Assembly (NCBI GenBank): GCA_048884785.1
Contig: JBHLQM010000037.1
Coordinates: forward strand, 1 to 33,286
Reading direction: 5' to 3'
Length of the DNA stretch: 33,286 nucleotides
DNA from: Candidatus Thorarchaeota archaeon
GTDB lineage: Archaea > Asgardarchaeota > Thorarchaeia > Thorarchaeales > Thorarchaeaceae
Shown here piece by piece: positions 1 through 7,878 of the stretch; within the stretch, counting starts at the first letter, position 1, and every line of letters starts with the position of its first letter. The notes under the pieces were generated by a model that worked only from the letters and a program-made list of their open reading frames with translations, did not search any database and was not told the origin of the DNA. A program made the translations under genes and the position numbers.

Positions 1-126
1 AATGCCGCCGTATTTTTCGATGACATTGAACAGTCCGTCAATAAGAGGATTATTCTCTTTAAGAAGAAACTCGTTGATCTCATTCAGACGCCTGACATCG
101 ATTTTTAATTTCTCTCTGTCATTCAT
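1..126 (-). CDS. Conserved hypothetical protein, N-terminal fragment (runs off the window's left edge)
   Basis: Not in the ORF track. Read manually: ATG at 126 preceded by CAGGAG SD. Frame MNDREKLKIDVRRLNEINEFLLKENNPLIDGLFNVIEKYGGI stays open to base 1. Confidence 0.75.
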   Translation of the reverse strand, partial: MNDREKLKIDVRRLNEINEFLLKENNPLIDGLFNVIEKYGGI

Positions 127-241
127 TTTTGGAACTCCTGAAGGATTTCTCAATATGTTATCAGGGGGAAACTGTCCATTTTGGAGCATGCGCCCCTAAA
201 AAGGGATTCTGCACCATAGCCATTACTTCTTCATGTGGGTT

Positions 242-631
242 TCAATTGCTTGTTGAATCATCATCATCAGATGACCGCTGCAATCGTTGTGATTCATCAA
301 CATAATGCTCATCTGGATGCTGCTCTGTATCGGGTATGTCACCATAAAGGGGGGATTTCTCAGGATGTAGACCATAGTCCTCATAGTTACGAAAAGCCCG
401 AAGACCTTCCAATACGAGTAATAGTAGTCCGAGGAGAGCAAAGCCGAACAACATGAGAGAGGAATTGTACCACCAAAAGGGGTAGCCCATCATGTAGTCA
501 GTCAGCATGGAGTAAGTGCCCCATGCTGCCAGTGCAATTGTGAAAATTGCAAGTATTATCCGCCCTTTGCGACCAAACATCAAGTAAGCCAATTTTGTGC
601 AAACACTCCTACGACTTCCCAAGTTTCCCAA
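242..631 (-). CDS. Hypothetical membrane protein (2 TM segments, acidic C-terminal tail)
   Basis: Two hydrophobic stretches, then a D/E-rich tail. AGGTG SD before TTG; an internal ATG (MFGRK) is an alternative start. Confidence 0.7.
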   Translation of the reverse strand: MGNLGSRRSVCTKLAYLMFGRKGRIILAIFTIALAAWGTYSMLTDYMMGYPFWWYNSSLMLFGFALLGLLLLVLEGLRAFRNYEDYGLHPEKSPLYGDIPDTEQHPDEHYVDESQRLQRSSDDDDSTSN

Positions 632-712
632 AGAACTTCACACCTATAGCATTTGTGAATTCCGGATTCTCACAAGGTTTATGACTTGGTTCATTGAAGA
701 TGATGTAGATTC

Positions 713-1357
713 GTGATGAGTAGGGAAGGAGTATTATTCGCCATAGTTCTGATTACTGTTCTATGTGCCGCCGCAAATCCTGTTTCAGCATTAAGAATAG
801 ATACAGGATACACTTGGGAGTCTGGCTTGAGTATAGGCGTACACGTCGAGAATCTCGATTATTGGGTGCTTGATCAGCCTGGTGAGATATTTCTGCGGTT
901 CAACCTGCGTGGTATGGGGGAGCTTGTGTATCTTGGAAAACTCGAAATATCATTCTATATTGATGTGGGCATTCTTCTAATGGATTCTGTGGAGATTATA
1001 GACCCTTGGGCAAATACCTCAGTACTGGATGTCACTCTTAGACCAATCATTCAGTCATCATGGATAAATGACACCAGTACAGACTATTTTCTTCTGGACT
1101 ACTATCTTCGGTTCAATCAAACCGGAAGGTATGAAGGAGCCACATATCTGACTGAATTCTACACTACTTTAAATGGACCACATCCAATCAATCTATCAAA
1201 GCTGGAGTTCTACAGATACTGGCCATTTCCTCCGATAATCCTGATGGGGTGCATATACTGGTTTGGTTTCCTTGGATTGAGAAGATTCAACAAGCGATAC
1301 GAGCGATTCAGATTTGAACCTGTAGTCCAGAAAGATACATACTATTCAGAAACATAG
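713..1357 (+). CDS. Hypothetical secreted, C-terminally membrane-anchored protein
   Basis: Signal-peptide-like N-terminus (LFAIVLITVLCAAANPVSA), N-x-S/T sequons (NTS, NDT, NQT, NLS), C-terminal TM followed by basic residues. Confidence 0.7.
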   Translation: MMSREGVLFAIVLITVLCAAANPVSALRIDTGYTWESGLSIGVHVENLDYWVLDQPGEIFLRFNLRGMGELVYLGKLEISFYIDVGILLMDSVEIIDPWANTSVLDVTLRPIIQSSWINDTSTDYFLLDYYLRFNQTGRYEGATYLTEFYTTLNGPHPINLSKLEFYRYWPFPPIILMGCIYWFGFLGLRRFNKRYERFRFEPVVQKDTYYSET

Positions 1358-1932
1358 GTTCGAAGAAAGTCCCTAAGTATAGGTCCAATGAGAAGAGAAA
1401 CAATCCCTCCTGCAATCACCTGTATAGAGTTTATTGTGAGCAATTCCAGAAGTGCATACCAAGATGGAATTCCTAGAACAAGCACTTCGCCTACATAGTA
1501 GCCGCATAGCATGAAAATTGCACCAAGTACAATGCCTAAGATATCCCAAGGTTTTGCTGCCTTGGATTTCTTTGAGTACCTGCTAATTGTGCCAACAATT
1601 AGTCCTTCACCACCTTTGACTACTAAGGTGATAGGAGCATACACATACCACCCAAGAGCCACATCACCCAATGCAGAACCCACACCACCAGCTATCAGAC
1701 CTCCAATAGGCCCCAAGATGATTCCGCTCGTCATGACCAGGGCATCACCCAAGTTAAAGTAGCCAAGTGTTAGTGGAAAAGGAATTACAATTATGATGGT
1801 TGCAACTGTGGTCATTGCTGTGAGCAGTGCAAGTAGAACCAAGAAGATAGTGGGCCGCACCCTTTTTGATGTGGAGGTTAGTTCATCCTCAAGTAAGATT
1901 TCAGCGTCAGGCGAATCACTACTGGCTTCCAC
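1342..1932 (-). CDS. ECF transporter S component (substrate unknown)
   Basis: Motifs IPFPLTLGYFNLGDALV, GGVGSALGD and APITLVVKGGEG; about 5-6 TM. Start placed at GTG 1932 behind AGGTG SD (ORF track extends to 2010). Confidence 0.85.
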   Translation of the reverse strand: MEASSDSPDAEILLEDELTSTSKRVRPTIFLVLLALLTAMTTVATIIIVIPFPLTLGYFNLGDALVMTSGIILGPIGGLIAGGVGSALGDVALGWYVYAPITLVVKGGEGLIVGTISRYSKKSKAAKPWDILGIVLGAIFMLCGYYVGEVLVLGIPSWYALLELLTINSIQVIAGGIVSLLIGPILRDFLRTYVSE

Positions 1933-2097
1933 AAGAACACACCTACAAATATCACAAGAACCTGTATTCGTTGCGGAAACTACAAGCATATAATCTTGAG
2001 TATTGGTCATGGCGAAGGGATTTTAACAAGACAAAGCAATGACCTAGATATAGGCAGAAAAGTTTGTCTAGAAAGAGAATGCTGAGGATTGGGAAGA

Positions 2098-2478
2098 ATG
2101 TCAAAAAACTGGATTCAGACAGCTGACTGGAAAAGTGAGAAACATGTTCCTGCTATCGAAATAACGAAGAAAGGTGATGGTCTATACCACATCCATGTTT
2201 CGGTAGGCAAGGAAATTCCACATCCAAATACAACTGCGCATCATATCAAATGGGCGGATCTATTCTTTTTGCCTGAAGGTGAAAAGTTTCCGGTTGAGGT
2301 TGGATATTGTACCTTTGACCACCATGGTGAGTCGGCGAAAGGTGCTGATACAAGTGGGATGTATTCAGAACCATACTCGATTTTTGTCTTCAAGAACAAA
2401 AAGGCTGGTACATTCATGGCAACCGCATACTGTAATATACATGGTTTGTGGAAAAGTGAAGCAGATCTGAAGATGTAG
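2098..2478 (+). CDS. sor: 1Fe superoxide reductase (neelaredoxin / class II SORL domain)
   Basis: EKHVP, HPNTTAHHIKW and YCNIHGLW iron-ligand motifs; no N-terminal desulforedoxin domain. GAGGA SD 9 nt before ATG 2098. Confidence 0.93.
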   Translation: MSKNWIQTADWKSEKHVPAIEITKKGDGLYHIHVSVGKEIPHPNTTAHHIKWADLFFLPEGEKFPVEVGYCTFDHHGESAKGADTSGMYSEPYSIFVFKNKKAGTFMATAYCNIHGLWKSEADLKM

Positions 2479-2493
2479 CTTCGAGATGCTATT

Positions 2494-2544
2494 CGGGGCT
2501 TACCTATGTTAAGAGGTTAAGTTCCCCGCTCTCCATTTTTTCTT
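2494..2544 (+). terminator. Hairpin plus T-tract downstream of sor
   Basis: CGGGGCTTACCT..AGGTTAAGTTCCCCG imperfect stem followed by TTTTTTCTT. Confidence 0.55.
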
Positions 2545-2676
2545 GCGCTGAGAGAACTGTACCCAATTCCCTTCGGGGTTGCGAGTAGTGGCAAAAAGTG
2601 ACGGACCTGCATCTATGATATTCTGGGGTCCATAGAATTCTATTCCACATCAATACCTGTAATCATAAGACCTCTC

Positions 2677-2922
2677 TTATTCTTCGTTTAGCTTTCTTAG
2701 ATTGGCACCCCATATGATTGCCCCGTCAGTCATTCCTGATACGACCATTCTCTGACCTAGCTCTTTGGCAAACCGGCCACTATCAAAGTCTGGAGAAACC
2801 GCCTCCCAAGGCATTATTGCGGATAGCTCGTACTCAGTACCGTCGACAGTTATTACGACGTATCGATCCAAAACCTTTGATATGAGTCCGCTTACCTCTA
2901 TCTCCTCTAAACCCTTTGTCAT
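2677..2922 (-). CDS. Small hypothetical protein (beta-rich, OB-fold-like)
   Basis: 81-aa ORF with alternating beta-strand pattern; fills the gap between genes. Fold call is a guess. Confidence 0.65.
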   Translation of the reverse strand: MTKGLEEIEVSGLISKVLDRYVVITVDGTEYELSAIMPWEAVSPDFDSGRFAKELGQRMVVSGMTDGAIIWGANLRKLNEE

Positions 2923-3026
2923 ACACTGTCACTATTACCAATCATGCATTTTAAACTAATAGCAAATCCTGTGATATAATCAGTGCAATTTGATGTAGCT
3001 GACAATGGATCAAAAGAGAACAATCT

Positions 3027-3623
3027 TCAGGAACGTCGAATCCAAGCTACTAGCTCAGCATTCATTGCGTTCACTTCCATGAATCCATCCCGATAGTCCG
3101 ATCTCTTGAACTGCAACCATATGTTTTGCAGGCCGGAATCAAAACCGATTATCTTAATTGAAGCAGCTAGAGGACCAGCTCTGAAAGCAATGATTGTTGT
3201 GAGAATTGATACAAAGAATGCAATTACAGCGACATAGAGAATGGGGTCGCTACTACGTCCAATCCAAAGATTTCCTCCAATTGATAGAATGGCAAACATG
3301 AATATAGCTGCGAGAATGCCGTTGGCCGCCAGACAAAAAACCTTGTAGTTTGTGTCGCCTTCGTCTGATTTGTAATGATCATCACAAACCGATAGGAGGA
3401 GTGATTTGGTTTCGGGGGGACGTAGTCCGGCTCGTCGGCGGACAGATGGATAGAATGAGGGATCCCATGTTGGACTCAGAAACCGATTCTTGAGAGGCAT
3501 GGCAGAGATACGCGCAGGTCTTGTTGCTTCTTGACCACATATTGGGCACTTGCGCGGGAACCGGACCTTATCAATAGGTATTCGTACAACGGGCTCCTTG
3601 AAGACCTGAATTCTCTCGCTCAT
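3027..3623 (-). CDS. Hypothetical membrane protein with CPxC...CxxH putative Zn site
   Basis: FPRKCPICG and VCDDH motifs flank an insert; two TM helices follow. Confidence 0.75.
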   Translation of the reverse strand: MSERIQVFKEPVVRIPIDKVRFPRKCPICGQEATRPARISAMPLKNRFLSPTWDPSFYPSVRRRAGLRPPETKSLLLSVCDDHYKSDEGDTNYKVFCLAANGILAAIFMFAILSIGGNLWIGRSSDPILYVAVIAFFVSILTTIIAFRAGPLAASIKIIGFDSGLQNIWLQFKRSDYRDGFMEVNAMNAELVAWIRRS

Positions 3624-3684
3624 TGGCTACACCAATCAACATAAGGAGAAGTTGGTTAGTAAATTAGTTTGTCGAAATATGTAA

Positions 3685-4359
3685 TTAATCTGCTACTTTG
3701 AGTCTTGGAACCATAAATCCTTGTTCAATGAATTCACATAGGACGTCCTTGAAGCCGGGACACTTACTCCACCTCATTCTGTATTCGCATGCTTCGCATT
3801 CTTTCTGCATATCATAGAGCCGTTTTCCACTCATTATGCCTATAATTGGCAAGTAGAGTAATATAATGAGAAACAACTTTGCATCCAGCTGCAGCAGCGG
3901 GTCATCGCCTGCAATCAATATTGAAACAACAACAGCGGCAAATGAAGAACCAAGGATTAGTTTTGCAGCAGCTTTGATTTTCTTATTATCAGTTAGACCT
4001 ATTGTGCTCATTAGCAGGGATATTAGGACTCCAGCAACGCCTCCGAAGAAGAGGATTCTCCTGTCGAAGATTAGTGGATTCCAGAACCATAGGATAAGCG
4101 ATACAAAGAATGCAAGAAAGAAAGAGAGTGTATTAAAAAAGCAACCTATGCACCACTTGCGACCCAAGAATGAGAAAACGTGCCCATCGTATTGTGGACA
4201 ATATGGATGGTGAGCAGTAAGGAGAGGGCTTGACACCCTCAGAAACTTCAACGGACGTCGAGAAACTGCTCGCCAATCAAAGACAAGCTTTCCACGATTG
4301 GGATCAGATAGAACCTGTAGACAGGGTCGATTGACTTCTCCGTTGTTTGTTTCGTCCAT
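3685..4359 (-). CDS. Cys/His-rich 4-TM membrane protein
   Basis: HHPYC..H..CIGC before the TMs and CEAC..CPGF..C after them. Start placed at ATG 4359 (MDETNN) to avoid overlap with the upstream gene. Confidence 0.75.
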   Translation of the reverse strand: MDETNNGEVNRPCLQVLSDPNRGKLVFDWRAVSRRPLKFLRVSSPLLTAHHPYCPQYDGHVFSFLGRKWCIGCFFNTLSFFLAFFVSLILWFWNPLIFDRRILFFGGVAGVLISLLMSTIGLTDNKKIKAAAKLILGSSFAAVVVSILIAGDDPLLQLDAKLFLIILLYLPIIGIMSGKRLYDMQKECEACEYRMRWSKCPGFKDVLCEFIEQGFMVPRLKVAD

Positions 4360-4408
4360 TACTGCTTCACATTCATCCTGAAAGTATTCCTGGTTATCTT
4401 CCCCTATA

Positions 4409-4765
4409 TTAGAATAAGGCAAAGATACCAAATAGTGCTGGGAATGCCAACAAAATGATTACAAATATTACTATAGCTTCAATAATGAAGGTAAGTATCC
4501 ATGCTGCAATCGCACCGCCCCACCCGAGTTCATGACGTGTCTTGATGAAATACCAAGCTAGAATACATCCTAAACATGGAATAACGGACACAATCGCAGA
4601 CAAAAGGGCAGTAACAAAGGTTGTTCCCAGTTCTCTGTTTTCTCCGTTCACAAATCCTAATGCTATGCCTAGAAATACTGCGTTGATGAGAATACCTACG
4701 ACAAGGAATAGCAGTAGAATTGTGATTATGCTACCGAATAGCAAAGTAAAGTCGATCCATTGCAT
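4409..4765 (-). CDS. Small hydrophobic membrane protein (3-4 TM)
   Basis: Almost entirely hydrophobic, IPCLGC motif. GGAG SD motifs before ATG 4765. Confidence 0.75.
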   Translation of the reverse strand: MQWIDFTLLFGSIITILLLFLVVGILINAVFLGIALGFVNGENRELGTTFVTALLSAIVSVIPCLGCILAWYFIKTRHELGWGGAIAAWILTFIIEAIVIFVIILLAFPALFGIFALF

Positions 4766-4923
4766 ATCTCCAATCTCCTCCAAATGTGGAAGTTGAATCA
4801 ACGTTGATACTTAATCCAATAAAAGGATAACGACTCACTGCGAAGTGATGTTCGTCAATATGCATACAATGTGATTCTAAAGCAGACCGAGATAGTTATT
4901 TGAAATCCTTCATTGGATTGGGT

Positions 4924-5493
4924 ATGTACAACGGAAAACTAGTGAAACTTCGTCCATTGGAAATGGATGACATTGATGTATTAATGAAGTACATTAATGA
5001 GTTGGAAACAAGACAGTATTTGGGGTCCCTACTTCCATTCTCAAGACTGGCGGAAACGCGATGGCTTGAAGGAGCGACTACTGATGATCCTTGGAAGGAT
5101 GGCCGCTTGGCTTTGGCAATTGAAGAAAAGAAAACCAATGAGTTCCTTGGGACTACGAGTCTTTTTGATATTTCAAAACCTCATAGACATGCGGAGTTTG
5201 GGATAGCACTGTGGAATCCAAGCGGTAGAAACAAGGGATTTGGAACTGATGCAACCTTGGTAATGCTATGGGTAGGATTTCATGTTCTAGGGTTGAATAA
5301 TATCTATCTTCAAGCCCTAGAGCACAACAAAAGAGCCATACGCACCTATGAGAAAGCAGGATTCAAGCATGTTGGTGTATTGAGAGAGGTATTGTACTCA
5401 ATGGGCAGCTTTCAAAATGCCGTAGTAATGGATATCTTGCGAAATGAGTTTCTGCAGCAATATCCACCAAGTAAGACGATAAGTGATGAATAG
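4924..5493 (+). CDS. GNAT family N-acetyltransferase (RimJ/RimL/SpeG-like)
   Basis: VKLRPLE, HAEFGIAL, RNKGFGTDA, HNKRAIRTYEKAGF motifs. Confidence 0.9.
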   Translation: MYNGKLVKLRPLEMDDIDVLMKYINELETRQYLGSLLPFSRLAETRWLEGATTDDPWKDGRLALAIEEKKTNEFLGTTSLFDISKPHRHAEFGIALWNPSGRNKGFGTDATLVMLWVGFHVLGLNNIYLQALEHNKRAIRTYEKAGFKHVGVLREVLYSMGSFQNAVVMDILRNEFLQQYPPSKTISDE

Positions 5494-5508
5494 ACAGGTA
5501 ATAGGCTA

Positions 5509-5572
5509 TGGAGGCGGGATGGTGCCCACCTCCAAAAGAGATAGAGAGGAGGGGAGTATCTTATTCCCCAAC
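5509..5572 (-). ncRNA. Candidate small RNA: two hairpins joined by a pyrimidine-rich linker
   Basis: Stems at 5551-5569 and 5509-5534. TATA-like TTTAATAA on the minus strand at 5596-5603, about 25 nt upstream. No recognised family. Confidence 0.3.
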
Positions 5573-5658
5573 TATACTGAACTGAGGGCACTTTATTATT
5601 AAACACGAATTATCGAAGAGCTATGCGTGAGTCTGTATATAGAAATGGTGTACAGCAT

Positions 5659-5685
5659 TACGCTAAACGCACCTCTTTTAGCGTA
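5659..5685. promoter_or_regulatory. Perfect 9-9-9 inverted repeat upstream of the PadR-family gene
   Basis: TACGCTAAA-cgcacctct-TTTAGCGTA. Confidence 0.4.
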
Positions 5686-5719
5686 GTTGAGCATGATATC
5701 TTCTGGAGATCTTTGACCA

Positions 5720-6568
5720 TTGAGAGACAGCCGAGAATGGATTAGAAATAGAATATTACTAGTACTCGATGCTGGGCCATGTCATGGTTACGATATACTC
5801 CGTTCACTCAATGAATATGTGTCGAATCTAAGACTTACGACTCTTTATCGTTGGCTTCATGCAATGGAAGCAGAAGGACTGGTTGAGAGCATGATTCAGC
5901 CAGGTCCACATGGCCCCGACAGGCGCGTATATACTGTGGGTTCTCGAGGAGAAACACGACTTAGAGAATTGCTTAAGGACTCTATAGAGGTCATTATGCA
6001 CTTCTATGACGCATATAGACACTCAATTACTGGTAGTATGCACCAAGTTCTTGATACAGAGGTCAAGGCACCCACAGGAAGGATTCTTTTCGCTGCCGTT
6101 CCAAGAGTTAGACAGATTGATTTGAGTACAATAGAACACCTTACAGAGAGTAATGGAAGCTCTTTGGATGTAATTGGTGATTCCACAATTCTATCGACAG
6201 TTGGAATTAAACATCGACCTCTTCGGGGGGAATTGTCAGACATTCCGGCACCAAATGAACGGTATGCCCAAATCTGGATGAGTGGAATACCTGAACGTAG
6301 AGATCTCCACACCGCCGTATCAGAGTTTAAACGTGTTCTGGTGAAAGGGGGTGTATTGCGAATACTGGCGCCGTTCGTATTCTTTGATAAGCCGGATATG
6401 CCAGATATAGGTGAGTTTCTCCGTGTGACTGCAATACAGCTCTTTCCGGATCTAGGAATGGCTGACGGTAACGATGTTGGGACAGTTCTTGAAACGGTCT
6501 TTCCGGATTGTGGTGCTCTCGATTTATTCCCAGGACTCGTGGTCTTTTGGGCAAGAAAAGAAGACTAA
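5720..6568 (+). CDS. PadR-family transcriptional regulator fused to a degenerate class I SAM-methyltransferase-like domain
   Basis: N-terminal PadR wHTH (GPCHGYDI..TLYRWLHAMEAEGLV..GPDRRVYTV). C-terminal GELSDIPAP..EFKRVLVKGGVLRI resembles methyltransferase motifs II/III; no GxGxG motif I. Confidence 0.8.
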   Translation: MRDSREWIRNRILLVLDAGPCHGYDILRSLNEYVSNLRLTTLYRWLHAMEAEGLVESMIQPGPHGPDRRVYTVGSRGETRLRELLKDSIEVIMHFYDAYRHSITGSMHQVLDTEVKAPTGRILFAAVPRVRQIDLSTIEHLTESNGSSLDVIGDSTILSTVGIKHRPLRGELSDIPAPNERYAQIWMSGIPERRDLHTAVSEFKRVLVKGGVLRILAPFVFFDKPDMPDIGEFLRVTAIQLFPDLGMADGNDVGTVLETVFPDCGALDLFPGLVVFWARKED

Positions 6569-6696
6569 GCATCACTTTCCACGCATGATATGATATTTGT
6601 TATGATGGTTAGAAGCATTCATAAAGCGTAATATCTTTTTCTGAGTTCTAATAGGCCCGATAAGGCCGCATATGTGTGCTTGCTTTCTAATTGTCA

Positions 6697-6730
6697 TTAT
6701 AAATAGATTGGCAGCAATCTATCCTGGTGA
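6697..6730 (+). promoter_or_regulatory. TATA box, perfect 8-4-8 operator palindrome and SD for the surface-protein gene
   Basis: TTATAAA (6697-6703), ATAGATTG-gcag-CAATCTAT (6703-6722), GGTGA (6726-6730). Confidence 0.55.
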
Positions 6731-6734
6731 TTTA

Positions 6735-7682
6735 TTGACCACGGACAAGAATTATGTGATGGCTATAGTTGCAGTTTTTCTTCTCGGGTTAAGTGTGCCC
6801 CTGGCTGCTGCACAAAATACCGGTCTCGAATACCACGAGGCCGCAGGAATAGTGACTATGACTACTGATGACATAGGTATTAAGATTACAAGTACCAGTC
6901 AGGTACCTCATTTTCAGTGGTGGGATCCCAATGACACCACAGTGGACTATCATGTCATGTTCGTCAAGTTATTTGAGGCCAATGATACGAATGCTGATGG
7001 CGTATTCGTTTTGGGTGATGACCATATGATTGGTCCGGCTTTCGCATTACCATCAACAGGATGGGATTTCAGTGGCTTTGAAACTGAAACAGATGGCGAA
7101 ACCGTTATCGCTGTTCACTTCAACTTCACAGCCACATCGACTCATGATCCCAGACCTGGTGGATCTGGAGGAAATTACGGGAATCTTCCTCATATGGATA
7201 GTTTTGATGTCTACATTCAAATACGAGTTCATTTGGAGGTACAGAACCCTGGTGAGTTCAAGTTTGATGTAATAATTGATGGCTGGAATTGGACGTATGA
7301 AGAATCCCTGCTTGTGATGCAATTTACCATCACAGAGAGTGAACATGAGCAATCACAAGGCTCAGATCCCCCTGAAGGTTTTCATCACACAGGAACGCAC
7401 TTCAATTTTTCAAATGGCTATATGCAGTATGAGCCAACCGCACTAGCGGCACAGAATACAATTCAGGTTCGAGCAAGCTATGGCGAAGGCACTGGATCCG
7501 AAGCAGGTGAATCAATCTATCTTGCATTTGAGAACTTTGGCAATGAAACTCTTGAGTATGACCCTATCCTAGGTATTACCTCCGTTGATGAGGCCGGAGT
7601 TCCAGTAGATTTGCTTCTCATTGTTGGCGGAGCCGCCGTTGTAATTGTAGTAATTGTGGTTGCATTTAGATTTCGCAAATAG
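6735..7682 (+). CDS. Secreted, C-terminally anchored acidic beta-rich cell-surface (glyco)protein
   Basis: TTG 6735 after GGTGA SD. Signal peptide, DTNADG Ca-binding-like loop, multiple N-x-S/T sequons, KFDVIIDGWNW and YDP motifs, C-terminal TM plus RFRK. Confidence 0.8.
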   Translation: MTTDKNYVMAIVAVFLLGLSVPLAAAQNTGLEYHEAAGIVTMTTDDIGIKITSTSQVPHFQWWDPNDTTVDYHVMFVKLFEANDTNADGVFVLGDDHMIGPAFALPSTGWDFSGFETETDGETVIAVHFNFTATSTHDPRPGGSGGNYGNLPHMDSFDVYIQIRVHLEVQNPGEFKFDVIIDGWNWTYEESLLVMQFTITESEHEQSQGSDPPEGFHHTGTHFNFSNGYMQYEPTALAAQNTIQVRASYGEGTGSEAGESIYLAFENFGNETLEYDPILGITSVDEAGVPVDLLLIVGGAAVVIVVIVVAFRFRK

Positions 7683-7688
7683 ATTCCC

Positions 7689-7722
7689 TAGGAGGCATCA
7701 AAACGCCTCCTACTCTTTTTCT
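7689..7722 (+). terminator. Intrinsic-type terminator hairpin
   Basis: TAGGAGGC-atcaaaac-GCCTCCTA perfect 8-bp stem followed by CTCTTTTTCT. Confidence 0.75.
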
Positions 7723-7878
7723 CGCATCAAGATAATTCACATTTTGCTATTATAGACTGATGAGTAGTATCTTGACTGCTCTCAAAGCGCAACAACCAAA
7801 AGAGGGTATTTCTTCGGTTTGTTAACTCTAAACAAAGAGTTGCAACTATATTCACTTGTCCGGAGAGATTGGCTCCCA

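Noticed and set aside
2-456. ORFs 2..199(+), 223..441(-) and the His-rich 235..456(+)
   Set aside because: Shadow frames of the better-supported minus-strand genes at 1..126 and 242..631.
2545-2625. TPP riboswitch-like words (CTGAGA, TACCC, GACCTG) on plus and glycine riboswitch-like words (CCGAAGG..TCTCTCAG) on minus
   Set aside because: Spacing and required partner strands (TPP P5/GUAGG; glycine GGAGA) are missing, and the site is between convergent 3' ends, not in a 5' leader.
5412-5606. 64-aa minus-strand ORF over the candidate sRNA
   Set aside because: It starts inside the TATA-like element, overlaps the GNAT gene and has no protein-like features; the hairpins are better explained as RNA structure.
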